64,000 bases of DNA, from assembly GCA_963804955.1 (NCBI GenBank), contig CAWDSQ010000007.1:192001-256000 (forward strand). The letters are read 5' to 3'. The position numbers and the translations under genes were made by a program. Shown piece by piece: positions 9,580 to 22,310 of the stretch (positions are counted from its first letter, which is position 1; each line of letters opens with the position of its first letter). The DNA comes from an uncultured delta proteobacterium (GTDB lineage: Bacteria; Desulfobacterota; WTBG01; CAIYCZ01; CAIRTM01). The notes beneath the pieces are model-generated. The model saw only the letters and a program-made list of their open reading frames with translations. It was not told where the DNA came from and ran no database searches.

Positions 9580-10137
9580 TCAATACCGCGGCTTGAAGAT
9601 GATCGAAGGCTTTGTTGCGGCCGAGCAGGCAAACCCCTGTATCTCTTGCACCGCGCCGTATTTCTTTTTGAGCTCCTCCAGCGGCCCGGCATCCAAGGCA
9701 TAGAGCGGGCAGGCTGCCACGCAGGCAGGCTGTTTGCCTTCAGCCAGGCGGTCGAGGCAGAAGGTGCACATCTGCATTTTGTCGTCGCCCCGGCTGGAAA
9801 ACTGCGGCACTGAGTAGGGGCAGGCTTCTTTGCATGCGCCGCAGGCATCGCCGCCAAGGCATGCCTCGCGGTCAACCGTCATAATGCCGTCTTCGCTGCG
9901 CTTTGCAATGGCTGAAACCGGGCAGGCATCAGCGCAGGCGGGCTCTGCGCAGTGGCAGCAGGACAGCGACACATAGGAAAGATGCACGCCGGGGTAGGAG
10001 CCTGTTTCTGTTTCAACAATGCGGCGCCACGACACCTGCGTGTCCCGAATGTCGTGCTTGTCGCGGCAGGCTATGGCGCAGGCATAGCAGCCTGTGCAGC
10101 GTGACTGGTCAAAATAAAATGCCATTTGCATGATCAC
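9580..10137 (-). CDS. 4Fe-4S electron-transfer subunit (DmsB-like)
   Basis: FDQSRCTGCYACAIAC, SCCHCAEPACADACP, CLGGDACGACKEACP, MCTFCLDR...PACVAACP. Confidence 0.92.
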   Translation of the reverse strand: MIMQMAFYFDQSRCTGCYACAIACRDKHDIRDTQVSWRRIVETETGSYPGVHLSYVSLSCCHCAEPACADACPVSAIAKRSEDGIMTVDREACLGGDACGACKEACPYSVPQFSSRGDDKMQMCTFCLDRLAEGKQPACVAACPLYALDAGPLEELKKKYGAVQEIQGFACSAATKPSIIFKPRY

Positions 10138-12379
10138 AATTCCTCTCTGCGTCCTCTGCGCCTTTGCGGTGAACCTCCGTCTTTTAGCTCTCCTGGTATT
10201 CTTTCAACCTGCACAAGGCAGGTATTGCCGCAGAAGGCCCCGGCGGGCGAGCAGGCGTCTTTTAACAGCGTATTGGCACATCCCCCGCGGTCGATGCCCT
10301 TGTCATCGGGCTGATACCAGGCGCCCTGCCCCATGCTCACCACTCCCGGCATGATGCGCCCCGTTACTTTGGCAGAAACCACGACCGTGCCCCGGTCATT
10401 GAACACCTTCACCATGTCGCCGTTTTTGATGCCCCGCGGCCCTGCATCGGCCGGATTGATCCAGACCTTATGCGGCTCAAGGTCCCGCAGCCAGGGATTA
10501 TTATGCATATTGGAATGTATGCGCCGCTTTGAGTGCGTGCTGATGAACTGCAGGGGGTACTTCTTTGCAAGCTCGTCATCGCTGCCTTCCCATGCCGGTA
10601 TATAGGTCGGCAGGGGCGGCAGGTCTGGGATCACTCCGCTCCTTAATTTTTGATGAATAAATCTCTATTTTGCCCGAAGGAGTCGGAAAGGGGTTTGCCG
10701 CAATATCCTCGCGCTGCTTTGCAAAAGCGATGACAGGCTTCTCAAGGGGTATCTTATGCACGCCTTCGGCCTTGAACGTCTCATAGTCGGGCAGGGGCTT
10801 TGAATCGGTGAATTTTTCAGCATCCGCCCAGAACAGGCGCAGCCATTCATCTTCGGTGTGAGTCGCTGTAGTCCTCAATGCCCAGACGCGGGGCAAGCTC
10901 GGCGCAGATCTGCAAATCGGACTTTGACTCATGCAGCGGCTCGATAAGCTTGTTCATATAAATATAATAGGGCCCGCCCTGCCAGGGCCGGATAATGTCA
11001 TTGCGCTCGAAATGGGTGTTGACCGGCAGCACGATATCGGCATAACGGGCAGTGGCGGTCATGACCTGCTCATGCACAACCACGAATTCCGGCTCCTGCA
11101 GCGCCCGGGATGCCTTGTTGGAATTAAGAAACTGGTTGACGGCGTTTGAATTGGTCACATACACGAACTTGATGTCAGCAGGGTGGCCGCCTGCCTTGCC
11201 GTTTAAAATAGCATCCCACACCTTGGTTATATGAATGGCAGGCCTCTGGCGGGCGCCTTCGGGAAGGTTCCCCGACAGCTGGCGGGAGATGAGCCCGGTG
11301 CCGGCAAGAGGCTGCAGGCCCGACGGCAGGCAGGTTAAATGCTGCCGGCTCGCCGCCGTAAATGCCCACATTGCCCGTCATGGCAGCCAAGGGTTGATGC
11401 CGCCCGGTGAAACTGCTCGCCGAAGGCCGTGCGGCCCGGCGCGCCCAGGGTCAGAAGCTTGGCGGGCTTGATGGTTGCATACTGCCGCGCAAGGGAGGCG
11501 ATGGTTTCGGGCCTCAACGCCGGTAATGGCCCCTGCCCACTGCGGAGTTTTGGGCAGGCCGTCGGTCGTGCCCAGCACATAGTCTTTAAACGCGTCAAAG
11601 CCCACCGTGTGGGAATCGAGAAACTGCTGATCCTGCAGATTCTCGGTAATCATGACATAGGCCATGGCAATGAGCATGGCCGTGTCCGTGCCGGGCCGGA
11701 TGGGCACCCACTGCGTGGCGAATGCCGCAGCCGAATCGGTGAAGCGCGGATCGATTGCCACGATCTTGACGCCCTGCTCTTTTGCTTTGGCAAGATTCCA
11801 GGCCGTGGTGGTGCGCTGCACGGTTTCAGCCGGGTTCCAGCCCCACATGATGATGAAGCGGGCATTGGGAATATCATCTGATGTGTGGCCGGCAGTGACG
11901 GTGCCGTAGGTGGTCTCGGAATTGAACAGGCTGCCCCAGAACGAGCAGGAGCCCCAGATGGGCGTGAACCCGCCGAACATGGTCAGCAGCCTGAACACGG
12001 AAAGCTGATTGTGGAGAAATGTTCCCGTATTGCCCGAATAGGCGATGTAGAGAATGGAATCGTTGCCGTAGGTGTTTTTTACGTGCTTGAGCTTGTCGGC
12101 GATGGTGTCCAGGGCCTCGGCCCAGGAAATGGGCTCAAACTTGCCCTCGCCCCGTTTTCCCACGCGCTTCAGCGGGGTGCGCAGGCGGTTTTCCGAATAC
12201 ACATGCTCCCGGTAGGCCCTGCCCCGGCAGCAGGCCCGCAGCTGCGGGTCACCGCCGTCATCGGTTTCGATCTCGCGAATGACGCCGCCTTCCACATGAA
12301 CTTTCAGCACGCATCTGCCGCCGCAGTCATGGGGGCAGCTGGTGAGCACGACCTTTTCTGTAGCTTCTTCCTGTGCCAT
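10134..12379 (-). CDS. DMSO reductase-family molybdopterin oxidoreductase catalytic subunit (DmsA-like), frameshifted
   Basis: [11 protein letters not shown]eS motif, [52 protein letters not shown]...HS, INPADA. Confidence 0.9.
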
Positions 12380-12583
12380 AGAACCCTTCCGGACATAAAT
12401 TAGGATTTTTTGACATAAATAGTTATACCGCATAACTATATATTGCGCAATCCCGGTGCAGCAAAAATCAGGCACTCCTGAGGGAGCAAAGGTTCAGGGT
12501 GCATGCAGGTTTCAGGGGCCAGGCAAGACAGACAAAGAATGTATCGGAGAGCGGAGGCTTGTGTCATCCAGCGGCAACACTTC

Positions 12584-12684
12584 GGGCAGACACATAGGTC
12601 TGCCCCTACTGCTATGGACGGGATTACCCCTGACCCTTGCAATCCAGAACCTTGAACTTTGAACCTTGAACCTTAAACCCTGAA
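12584..12684. repeat. GTAG REP plus heptamer tandem run
   Basis: GGGCAGACACATAGGTCTGCCCCTAC, then GAACCTT/GAACTTT repeats. Confidence 0.6.
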
Positions 12685-14168
12685 TCAGGCTCTCGGCTTT
12701 GTCTCCATGCGGTGGCTGTCAGTGGGGCTGAGCTTCTCGCTGTACACATCTATCCGGGTCGAAAACTGCTGCTCAATTGATACAAGGTCGCTGCGCTTGT
12801 TGTTCAGCAGATACGCCGCCGCATCTTCCGAGACCCAGACCTTGATCTCGGCGCAGTCCCCTGCTGAGGCCTTGTCAAAAACAGCCGTCAAGACTAAAAG
12901 GGCTATGGTCTCCCGTGATTTCAAGCTGCCGGTGCCGCCGCAGCACGCACACTGCGTCTGGTTCGTATCGACAAGGGGGGTGCGCAGCCGCTCCCGGCTC
13001 ATCTCCAGCAGCCCGAACTGCGAAATACGGGTGATCTCGATATTTGCCTTGTCGTTCTTGAACGCATTGCGGAGCTGGCGCTCCACCTGCAGGCGGTTTT
13101 TCTGGCTCTTCATGTCGATAAAATCAATGACGATGAGCCCGCCAAGATCGCGCAGGCGCAGCTGACGGGCTATCTCATCGGCGGCCTCAAGATTGGTGAT
13201 GAGCGTCGACTCCTCGGGGTCTTTCACCCGCGTGAAGCGGCCTGTATTGACATCGATGGCCACAAGGGCTTCCGTGGGATCAATGGCAATCGATCCGCCC
13301 GACTTCAGGGGCACCGTGCGCCGCAGCAGGGGCGCAATCTGCTCCTCGATCTTATATTTGAGGAAAATAGGCGTTTTTTCTTCGTACAGCCGCACCACCT
13401 TATGGTGCTTGGGGATGACCTGTTTGAAAAAATCATGCGCCCGCTTGTACATCTCGGGATTGTCGATCAGCACCTCGGTGGTGTCCGTGGTGAAATAATC
13501 CCTGATCGATTGAATGACCATATTGCTTTCCTGATAAATCATGGCCGGCGCGGAAACCTCTTTTCCCCGCGCCTCGATGGCCTTCCACAGGCGAACCAGA
13601 TAGTCGGCATCGCCCTGCAGCTCCTTCTTGGTCTTGCTCAGGCCCGCGGTGCGAACGATGACGCCCATGGCCTCGGGCAGCACAAGCTCGCGGCTGATGT
13701 CTTTGAGCTTCTGCCGCTCCTCCTCATCCTCGATCTTGCGGGATATGCCGGTGCGGCTGTAGCCGGGCATGAGCACCAGGTAGCGGCCCGGCAGCGATAT
13801 GAAGGTGGTGAGCGCAGCGCCCTTGGTGCCCTTGACCTCCTTGGAGACCTGCACGATCACCTCCTGGCCCTTGTGCAAAATTTTGCCGGGCGGAAGCTTG
13901 CCTCTGCCGGGGTGGCTGTCGGGATCCTGGTAGTAGGTGTGCCGGACCTCGTCCAGGGGCAAAAAGCCGGGTTTCGGGCCGCCGTATTCGACAAAGGCCG
14001 CATACAGGCTCGGCTCGACACGCTGAACCACGCCCTTGTAGATATTGCCCTTGATTTTTTCAACATTGGTTGTTTCGACGGCAAGGTTGGAAAGAATGCC
14101 GTCTTCAATGATCGCCACCCTGCTTTCTTCGGGGTGGATGACATTAATAATCATTTTTTTTCCGGCAT
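12685..14168 (-). CDS. Rne/Rng family ribonuclease (RNase E/G catalytic domain)
   Basis: GNIYKGVVQRVEPSLYAAFV, QVSKE..GTKGAALTT, ALVAIDVNTG, LRDLGGLIVIDFIDM, ISQFGLLEMSRER; the likely start MPEKKMII at 14168 needs one extra A in a homopolymer. Confidence 0.93.
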
Positions 14169-15037
14169 CAGTCGCCTTGTTCCTGCCCCTCGTTAGAACG
14201 CTGAAAAACATCAATGTAGTAACCTTTCTCTGTGAATTTGCGCATTACAGCCACTGACAAAGGGCTGCTGCAGCGATCAGCAAAACGGCGGGCTGCAGTA
14301 TCAGCCGCCTTCCTCAATATAGCGTGCACCCGTATCAGACTCGGGCCGCAGCCGCTGGAGCGCCCGGGCAAGAGAGCCGGGGTCATGAGCGCGCACACTG
14401 CGGCGGGTTTGAAACCTTGCAGTAATTCCAGGTACGGAAGGTAGCCTCGGCATAGGCCTCGGGAAAAGGCCCCATGCTCTTGGTGAAATCCGGGCCTTTG
14501 GTAAAAAGTATCTCCTGTTCCGGTCCGTCCAGCTGCAGTGCAAGGTAGGAATTTTCAAGCTTCTCTTCAAATAGTACTCGCCACGATAGTCGCCATTTTG
14601 TAATAATACTGGAAAATCAGCCTGTTGGTCAAGCCAATAATCATAAGCAGTGGCAGGCAGCCCCGAACTTTTGCTTAGATTTTTCTCTGTTCTTTTGATA
14701 GATAGCTCGACGGTGTCGCGGGCTCAGGCCTTCTTCTCTACATTAAACTCCGACGGGCGGTCAATGAATGTTCTGTAAGCAGCCGAATCTGTTGCATTCC
14801 TCCGCACATCGCTGGTTTCAGCAATGGACTTAGGCTGGTGTCTTTCTAATACTGTACAGACATTGCTGCAAGAATATGGATGCTTTTAAAGAATAAACTG
14901 GACGTAGCAGTCATGTACGAAACCATGACCACGCCGCAAGCCGCGGGAAAAAAACATGCAACCACAGATCAGCCAAAGGGGGGAAGCGAAGCCTCTGTGG
15001 AGGTGCTGCACCATTGGTTTGTGTGGCTGATCCTACT

Positions 15038-15207
15038 TAGTGCCTGAACGAAAAGTCATTTTTTTGTAGGTTGGGTTAAGCCCGAAAGAACCCGTTGGGT
15101 TTCGTACCTCAACCCAACCTAGGCAAAAAGCAAAGGTTTACGAAACAGCACTAATCATAAGGGCGAACCCAACAAATGTATTTTTCAAGGTTTTCGTTCA
15201 GACACTA
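15038..15207. mobile_element. MITE-like element with 17-bp terminal inverted repeats and an internal REP-like hairpin
   Basis: TAGTGCCTGAACGAAAA...TTTTCGTTCAGACACTA (1 mismatch); internal GTAGGTTGGGTT...AACCCAACCTA. Confidence 0.7.
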
Positions 15208-15272
15208 CTTACTAACTACAAGAAGGGCGCGGCCGTTCGCTCCTGCGCAACTCTTTTTTCATAAAGGAAACC

Positions 15273-17448
15273 ATGCCGGACTATAAAAATACAATTGCGG
15301 CCCTTGAGGCAGCCCGCGACAAAGGGCTCATAAAAACATCATCCTGCGCCAATGCCTGCTCATGGCTTGCCCCGTCATTTGCTGCAGTTGAAATCGACGG
15401 CATTCTGGTGGGCGATCATATTGCCGGGCTGGCGGCACAGCAGCGCTGGACTGAAATCGACAATGCTTTTTTTGAAATGAACGGTTTCGGCACTGCCGGC
15501 GTGAGGGGCAACCTTGCCATCGGCACAGCCTATTTCAATAAGATAATACTGGGCCTTGGCGTTGAAGCCCATGCCCGCTATATCGAAAAAGCCTACGCTG
15601 AAAACGGCAGGCGGCTGGGCCGGGAAAAAGCCGTCATCATCGCCTATGATTCGCGCCGCGGCTCCTATGATCCTCAGACCGACGGCCCCGGTTTTATGGT
15701 GAGGGAAGCCGCGGGCATCTATGCAGCCCACGGCATCAAGGTCTATGTGTTCGACACGGTTGCCCCCACGCCGGAGCTGTCATTTGCCATAGCAGAGCTT
15801 GACGGCATTGCCCCGTATGCCGGCGGCGTTTTCACCGCATCGCATAACCCGGCAACCGACAACGGGTTCAAGCCCTATGACTGCCACGGCGGCCAGGTCG
15901 TGCACAAGCGGCGTGCAGCAGATAGCCGACAGCATCACCGACTACGGCGAGGTAAAAAAAATGGACTATGCCGAGGGCGCGGCCCGGGGGCTCATCGTCA
16001 CGGTGGGCCCCGAGGTGGATGCGGCCTATATTGAAAAGGAAAACCAGACCGCCATCTGGGTTGATGCCGCGGGCCGGTTTCTGCCCGATAAAATCGACCC
16101 GTCGCTCACGATTGTATTCTCGGCCCTCAACGGCACATCGCAGCGCCTGGTGCCCCGCGTGCTTGAGCGGCGCGGATTCAACCTGCAGCAACCTGTTTCC
16201 GGTTGCGGCTCAGTGCGTGCCCGATGGCGATTTCCCGACCTGCCCCAAGCCCAATCCCGAAGAAAAGCCGGCCCTCAATGAAGCGGTGAAGCTTGCCAAT
16301 GAAACTGCGGCCGACATACTCATCGCCACCGATCCCGATGCCGACCGGCTGGGCGTGGGCGTGCGCCTGAAGGACGGCGAAAAAAGCCTCTACGCTGATG
16401 ATGCCGCAGTAAAGGACGGCTACTACCTGCTCACCGGCAATCAGCAGCTGGTGCTGCTCACCGATTATATCCTGAGCCAGACCATTGCACGCGACGGAAC
16501 CCTGCCGGCAAACAGCGTCATCTCAAAAACGCTTGTCTCGACCGATCTTGCGAAAAGCGATTGCCGATGCCTTCGGCGTCAAAACGATTGAGCCCCATGT
16601 GGGCTTCAAGTTTCTCGGAGAAAAGCTTGCCTGGTATGCCAGGCATGCCTGCGCAGCAGCAGACCTTGCAACAGCCCTATCGCAGCCTGTCGCGCCGGGA
16701 GCGCGTGGAGCTGCTCTCGCAGCACAGCCTCTGCGTGCTGTTCGGCGGTGAGGAGTCCTACGGCTCGCTGGTGGGCGATTATGTCAAGGACAAGGACGCC
16801 ATAACCGTCAGCGCCATGTTTGCCGAAATGGCGGGCTTTTACAAGCTGCAGGGCAAAACCCTCATGCAGCGGCTTGAGGAAATTTTTGTGCAGTACGGCT
16901 ATGCCCGCGAGGAAACCATATCCCTTGGCTATACGGGCGCGGCGGGCAATGATGTCATCAGGGCCATCATGGCAGAGCTGCGGGCGCGTCCGCCGCAGCA
17001 GTTCTGCGGCAGACAGGTCATCGCCGCCATCGATTATAAGGCCCCCGACGACGGCGGCAGCCGCACAGCACTGGCCGGCAACGGCAGCGTGCTGTTCTGC
17101 GATGCCGAGCCGGCAGATGCGTCAGCCCATACGGGCTACGAGCCGGTGCAGGGCGTTCAGGTGCCCCTGTTCTGGCATGGCGACTACAAAATAATCGGGG
17201 CAGCGCGCACGGCTTGCCGGAGGCCAATATGCTTGTCTACGTGCTTGCCGACGGCTCAAAAATAATCGCACGGCCCTCGGGCACGGAACCGAAAATCAAG
17301 TTCTATGTGCTTGCCCGCGGCACGCAGGGTGCTGATAAAGGACTCTGTGCAGGACAAGAAGGCAGTCAACGCATTTTTCGGAAACGTCAAGCAGGAGCTT
17401 ACGGAATTTGCCGGCCGCATTGCCGGGCCGATTCTTGCCCAGGCATAA
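15273..17448 (+). CDS. Phosphoglucomutase/phosphomannomutase, frameshifted several times
   Basis: [15 protein letters not shown] (catalytic Ser), DPDADR (metal loop), [19 protein letters not shown]. Confidence 0.92.
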
Positions 17449-17501
17449 AAAAAACACGCAGTACAACCGTTTTATATTCACTCCCGGTTGCCGAATGCCG
17501 G

Positions 17502-18300
17502 CTATATTTTTTTCAGCACAATTCTGTCGCCCCGGCATGCGCCGAGGAATGCTGCAGCGCTTTTGTTTTTCACCGATATCTCAAGCCGGCCGCTGCTGCC
17601 GATAATGCAGAACGGTTCGCCCTCCTGCGCTGCGGCATACGATAGCATCATTTTTGTAATGGCCGCCCCTTTCACTTCAACCCGTATCGCCGGCTCCATG
17701 AAAAAAACCCTGCAGCATAACACGGCTGATATTGGTTATGAGATTGCCGAAGCGGTCGATATGCACAATGCAGCCCTCAAGAATGCCTGCGCCCCGCATG
17801 ACCGGCACAGCCTGCGGCAGTATGACCGGATCATCGATTCTGCGGCCCATATGCTCAGGCTGAACGCCTTTGGAAAGATGGGCTGCCACAGGCGCAAAAA
17901 TATCCCTGCCATGAAAGGTTGCTGACATATCCGGGAGAAAATAATCTGTAGAGGTAAGCGCATAGACCGCTTTCAGGCCGGGAGCTGAGAGGGCAAAGCT
18001 GAAAATGCCATTATCCGGCCCCACAAACAGGCTCCTTTCTGTTTCCACCACGAGCGCACGCCTGCCGCTGCCCACGCCGGGATCGACAATCGCCATATGT
18101 ATCGCTCCGGCAGGGAAATACGGGCAGGACGACTCAAGGGCAAAAGCCCCGGCTGCAATATCCCGGGGCGTTACGGCATGAGTAATATCCACTATGGTGC
18201 AAGCCGGGTTGATGGACAAAATAACGCCCTTCATGATCCCGACATAGATATCGTCAAGGCCGAAATCCGTGGTAAGTGTTATGATTGCGTGAGCGCTCAT
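17502..18300 (-). CDS. SAM hydroxide adenosyltransferase / chlorinase-fluorinase family (DUF62), frameshifted
   Basis: [56 protein letters not shown]. Confidence 0.92.
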
Positions 18301-18587
18301 GCCGGCGAAACCGAAAAAAAATTGATTTAACCTCCAAAATACTTAATTTTTCTGTTAAAATCAAGTCATCAAGCCATCCGAATAGCGGGAGGCTTGATTT
18401 CGCCCGGAAAGGGCATAATCAAAAACACGCAGTGATTGCGCTGCCTTCTTAAAAAAACCGTGAAAGATTCAGGATGCTGCCCGGCGAACGGGCATACGGC
18501 CATGAAAAATGATCACGGAACATATGAGGATTTTGTGTTCATGAACTGCTCTTGCGCAGCACAGAACCACGCAGCAGTGAGGAAAGC

Positions 18588-19516
18588 ATGCCGGAAAAGA
18601 CACTAACCTGTCCCAAATGCGGCTACGACCAGCCGGAGGGAAGCGAATGCCGGCGTTGCGGGGTTATTTTCTCGCGAATCCCGAAAGCAAAGCCGGGCCC
18701 CCCTGCCCGGGCGCGAGCTGAAAACACCCAACAAAGCAAACCGGCTTCTTTCGGGCCATGCGGATTACCTTTCTGCTGCTGGTGATGTTCGGGCTGGCCT
18801 TTAATGTCTGGCTTGCCAAGTGGCGGGTGGCAGCCTGGGACCGCCCCCTGTGGGTGGTCATACATCCGATCTGCGGCGATGCAAGCCCCGAAACCCGCGC
18901 GTATATCGACTCGCTGACCCCTGAAGAATTCAAGCCGGTGACAGACTTTTTCTCTGCCGAGGCCGAGCGCTACAGCCTGAAAATCGAGGAGCCTTTCAGC
19001 CTTGTGCTTGCCCCGAGGCTCGACGCAGTGCCGCCGCAGATACCGGATCAGCCGACACCCCTGAGCATGATTGTCTGGAGCCTGAAACTTCGCCTCTGGG
19101 CATGGCGCATCGACAAAGCACAAGCTCCGGTGCAGGACATACAGCTGTTTGTGCTGTACTTTGACAAAAGCCGAAACATCGTGGATCACTCCTATGTCAT
19201 GCAGAAAGGCTATATCGGCGTCGTGAATGCCTATGCCGCACCTGCAATGAAAAATAAAAACAATATCGTCATAGCCCACGAACTCCTGCATCTGGCGGGC
19301 GCCACTGACAAATACAATCCGGCAAATGAGCTGCCCGTGTATCCCGCAGGGTACGCTGACCCGGAGGCCCGTCCGCTCTACCCCCAAACTGAGGCTGAAA
19401 TCATGGCGGGTTCGATCCCGGTGAGCGCAACGAAAGCAGAGATGCCCGGCAGTCTGGATGAAACCGTCATAGGCCCTGCCACCGCGCGGGAAATAAATTG
19501 GCTTCAAGTCGAGTGA
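18588..19516 (+). CDS. Zinc-ribbon plus membrane-anchored zincin-like (HExxH) hypothetical protein, frameshifted
   Basis: CPKCG...CRRCG N-terminus; TM helix; IAHELLHLAGATDKY...AEIMAG. Confidence 0.7.
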
Positions 19517-19539
19517 GACTATGGTATAGTTAGATTAAA

Positions 19540-19697
19540 GAAGCCAGAATGAAGCAGTCGGAATCCAGAATAGAAGACACACAGGCTGCAAAGAGTGTAT
19601 CTGTTTCTTCCGGGAAATCAGATCCTGAATCGTTTTCCGGTGTTTTTTCCTGCTGACTTCCGGCTCCTGAATTCCGGCTTCTGGATTCTGACTTCTA
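19540..19697. repeat. Inverted heptamer-periodic repeat
   Basis: GAAGCCAGAAT...GGAATCCAGAAT opposite TTCCGGCTTCTGGATTCTGACTTCT; similar at 54437-54531. Confidence 0.6.
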
Positions 19698-19810
19698 GTT
19701 TATATGCTCTACAGATTTTTCCCTGAGGGCGGATTTTTATGCATATCACCTGCTTAACTTGAAACCTGAAATTTAAAATCATGGCCATCGGACGTTTACG
19801 ATTAAAACCC

Positions 19811-20709
19811 ATGTCCTACGACTTTCCGCCCTGGCGCCCGCCCAGCGAGGCAAACAGCCTGCTTGTGCGCGTAACGCGGGGCTGCACCTGGAACCGCTGC
19901 ACCTTCTGCTCCATGTACAAGCAGTTCACCTTCGAGCGCAGGCCGGTGGAGGACGTAAAGGCCGATATACTCACAGCTGCGTCTGCTCTACAGCGACCGA
20001 TGTTCGCACGCGTCTTCATCGGCGACTCCAACAGCCCCTCAATAAAAACCGCTGATTTCGCGGACATACTGCACCAGCTCTACTGCATCGTTTCCCGAAC
20101 TTGAGCGTGTCACGAGCTATGCGCGCGCCAAAACGCTGCTGAAAAAACCTCTCGATGATCTCAAGCAGCTCCGGCAGGCAGGGCTTACCCGGCTGCATGT
20201 GGGGCTTGAAACCGGCAATGCCGAACTTCTGAAAAAAATCCGCAAAGGCGCCACGCCGGATGAAATGGTTGCGGGCTGCCGCAAGGCCAAAGAGGCGGGG
20301 TTCGAGCTGTCGGTGTACGTGCTGCTGGGCCTTGGCGGCGAGCATCTTTCCGCAGCGCATGCCCGCGATACGGCAGCGGTGCTGAACCGCATCGATCCGC
20401 ACTTCATCCGCGTGCGCACCCTGCAGCCCCAGCCCGGCTCCGAGCTGTACGACGACATGGCAGCCGGCGCCTTCGTGAAAGCATCCCATGAAACCGTTCT
20501 TCAGTGAGCAGCGCATCATGGTTGCGAATCTCGACGTCACATCAGAGTATCTGAGCGATCACATAACAAATTATATTCCCGTGAACGGCAAACTGCCCGG
20601 CGACAGGCACGCCATGCTCCGCGCGATCGATGAGCACAGCGCCGACCTTGCACATAATGCCGCCCTGCAGGACCGGTTTGCCCGCAAGGACAGGCTGTCA
20701 AGCCTGTAG
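19811..20709 (+). CDS. Radical SAM protein, frameshifted
   Basis: RPPSEANSLLVRVTRGCTWNRCTFCSMY (CxxxCxxC), GLETG, LLGLGG, SDHITNY. Confidence 0.9.
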
Positions 20710-20777
20710 CGTCGGCTGGAATGCTTACAACCTTCTGAGGCAATTCAGACAATTAACCATTATCCATTGACTTTTTT

Positions 20778-21239
20778 ATGCCCGGTAAAATACTTATCGT
20801 TTCAGACAGCCACGGCGCCGTGCGCAAGCTTGACGCTATCGTGCGGCACGAAGAGCCCTTCGACGTCCTGGTGCACTGCGGCGACGGAGTAGAGGATCTC
20901 TCGCACATAACCATTCCCGGCAGCACACGGGTGCTCAAGGTGACCGGCAATGTGGATATCTCCCATGGATACATTTTCGAGCGGATTCTCATTGAAGAGC
21001 TCTACGGCAGGCGCATCATGATTACCCATGGCGATCTGTTCAGGGTCGAGCGTGATATGGCAATGATGCTGGAAGAGGGCATTCTGCAGGAGGCTGACAT
21101 CATCTGCTTCGGTCACACGCATATGAAATTTTTCCGCGACGGACCGGTGGCTCTGTTCAGCCCCGGGCCTGCCAACGAGGGCTGCTACGGCGTGATAACA
21201 ATCGGCGCCGATATTCGCTGCCGGCACAGGATGCTCTGA
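20778..21239 (+). CDS. YfcE-family metallophosphoesterase
   Basis: SDSHG, HCGD, GNVD, THGD, GHTH motifs. Confidence 0.9.
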   Translation: MPGKILIVSDSHGAVRKLDAIVRHEEPFDVLVHCGDGVEDLSHITIPGSTRVLKVTGNVDISHGYIFERILIEELYGRRIMITHGDLFRVERDMAMMLEEGILQEADIICFGHTHMKFFRDGPVALFSPGPANEGCYGVITIGADIRCRHRML

Positions 21240-21285
21240 CCGCGCGCTTCAGGCACCCCGCTCATACAATTTGAACGGAGCTGTC

Positions 21286-22310
21286 ATGGCTGCAGATTTT
21301 TCGCTCAACACGATACATGCCCGTATGGCATCCTCGACCGCCGCGCTCATTATCGTTTCCCGGCCTGTCGACCCCGACTGTATCGGCACGGCTCAAGCGC
21401 TTCGGTGGCTGCTTGCCGCGCAGGGGCACGCCGCCTCCATAGTCTGTTTTTTCAGCATACCTTCCAACATGACCGGTTTCCCCGGCATGGACGAGGTTCT
21501 GGTTGCACAGCCCGACTCGTTTGACTTTTCCCCCTTTGATCTCTTCATCACCGTGGACGGCAGTTCATGGGGCCAGTTTTTGGGCGATGAGTGGCAAAAC
21601 ATACTCGGCCGCATGGACATGGCGCGCATTGTCAACATCGACCATCATGAGGCTGATGAAATTATGCAGGCCATACCCGGCCAGTGCCTGAACATCAAAA
21701 CATCCTCCACCGCGCAGGTGCTGTACGAATACTTCATCGAGCCGTCAGGGCTTACCCCGCCTGCCCGTATTGCCGACTGCCTCTACCTGGCTCTGCTCTA
21801 CGACACGCGCGGATTCAGAAACGAGATGCATGCCGGCGCCTACCGTTTCGCCGAAGCGCTCATCGCCCTTGGCGCCGACCATGCCAGAGCGGTTGATGTC
21901 AACTACGACATGCGGGAGGTACAGTACCTGACCTGGGCCATCGAGCACACCGGTTCATCAGCGACCTGGGGCTCATGCTGCTGGTTATCGATGCTGAAGG
22001 GCTGGCAGAGCTTGAGGCGATCCTCGGCAAAGACTTCCTTGATTTTGATACGATATACAAAGAAACCATTCAGCGGCAGGTTGCGGGATTCCACTACGGC
22101 ATCATCCTCACCGACAAGCTCGACGGCAGCGTGCGCCTGAACTGGCGCACCCGGGGCTATGGCAGCCATCTAGCCATAGCCGACGTGGCCCGCAGGGCGG
22201 GCTTTCGTGCCGGCGGCCACCGCAATGCCGGCGGCGGCAGTTTTACTGGCAGCATACAGGATGCACAGGCACGGCTCCTTGAGCAGCTGCGCAGAGAGCT
22301 GCTGAAGTAG
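21286..22310 (+). CDS. DHH/DHHA1 phosphoesterase (NrnA-like), frameshifted
   Basis: DPDCIG, TVDG, NIDHH, LYDT, GGHRNAGG. Confidence 0.88.

Noticed and set aside
12646..12684. CRISPR array in tandem-repeat regions
   Set aside because: 7-nt periodic runs without unique spacers; no cas genes; no repeat-spacer array anywhere in the window.
17502..18300. Fluorinase/chlorinase natural-product pathway
   Set aside because: DUF62 proteins are usually SAM hydrolases, and no biosynthetic cluster is adjacent.
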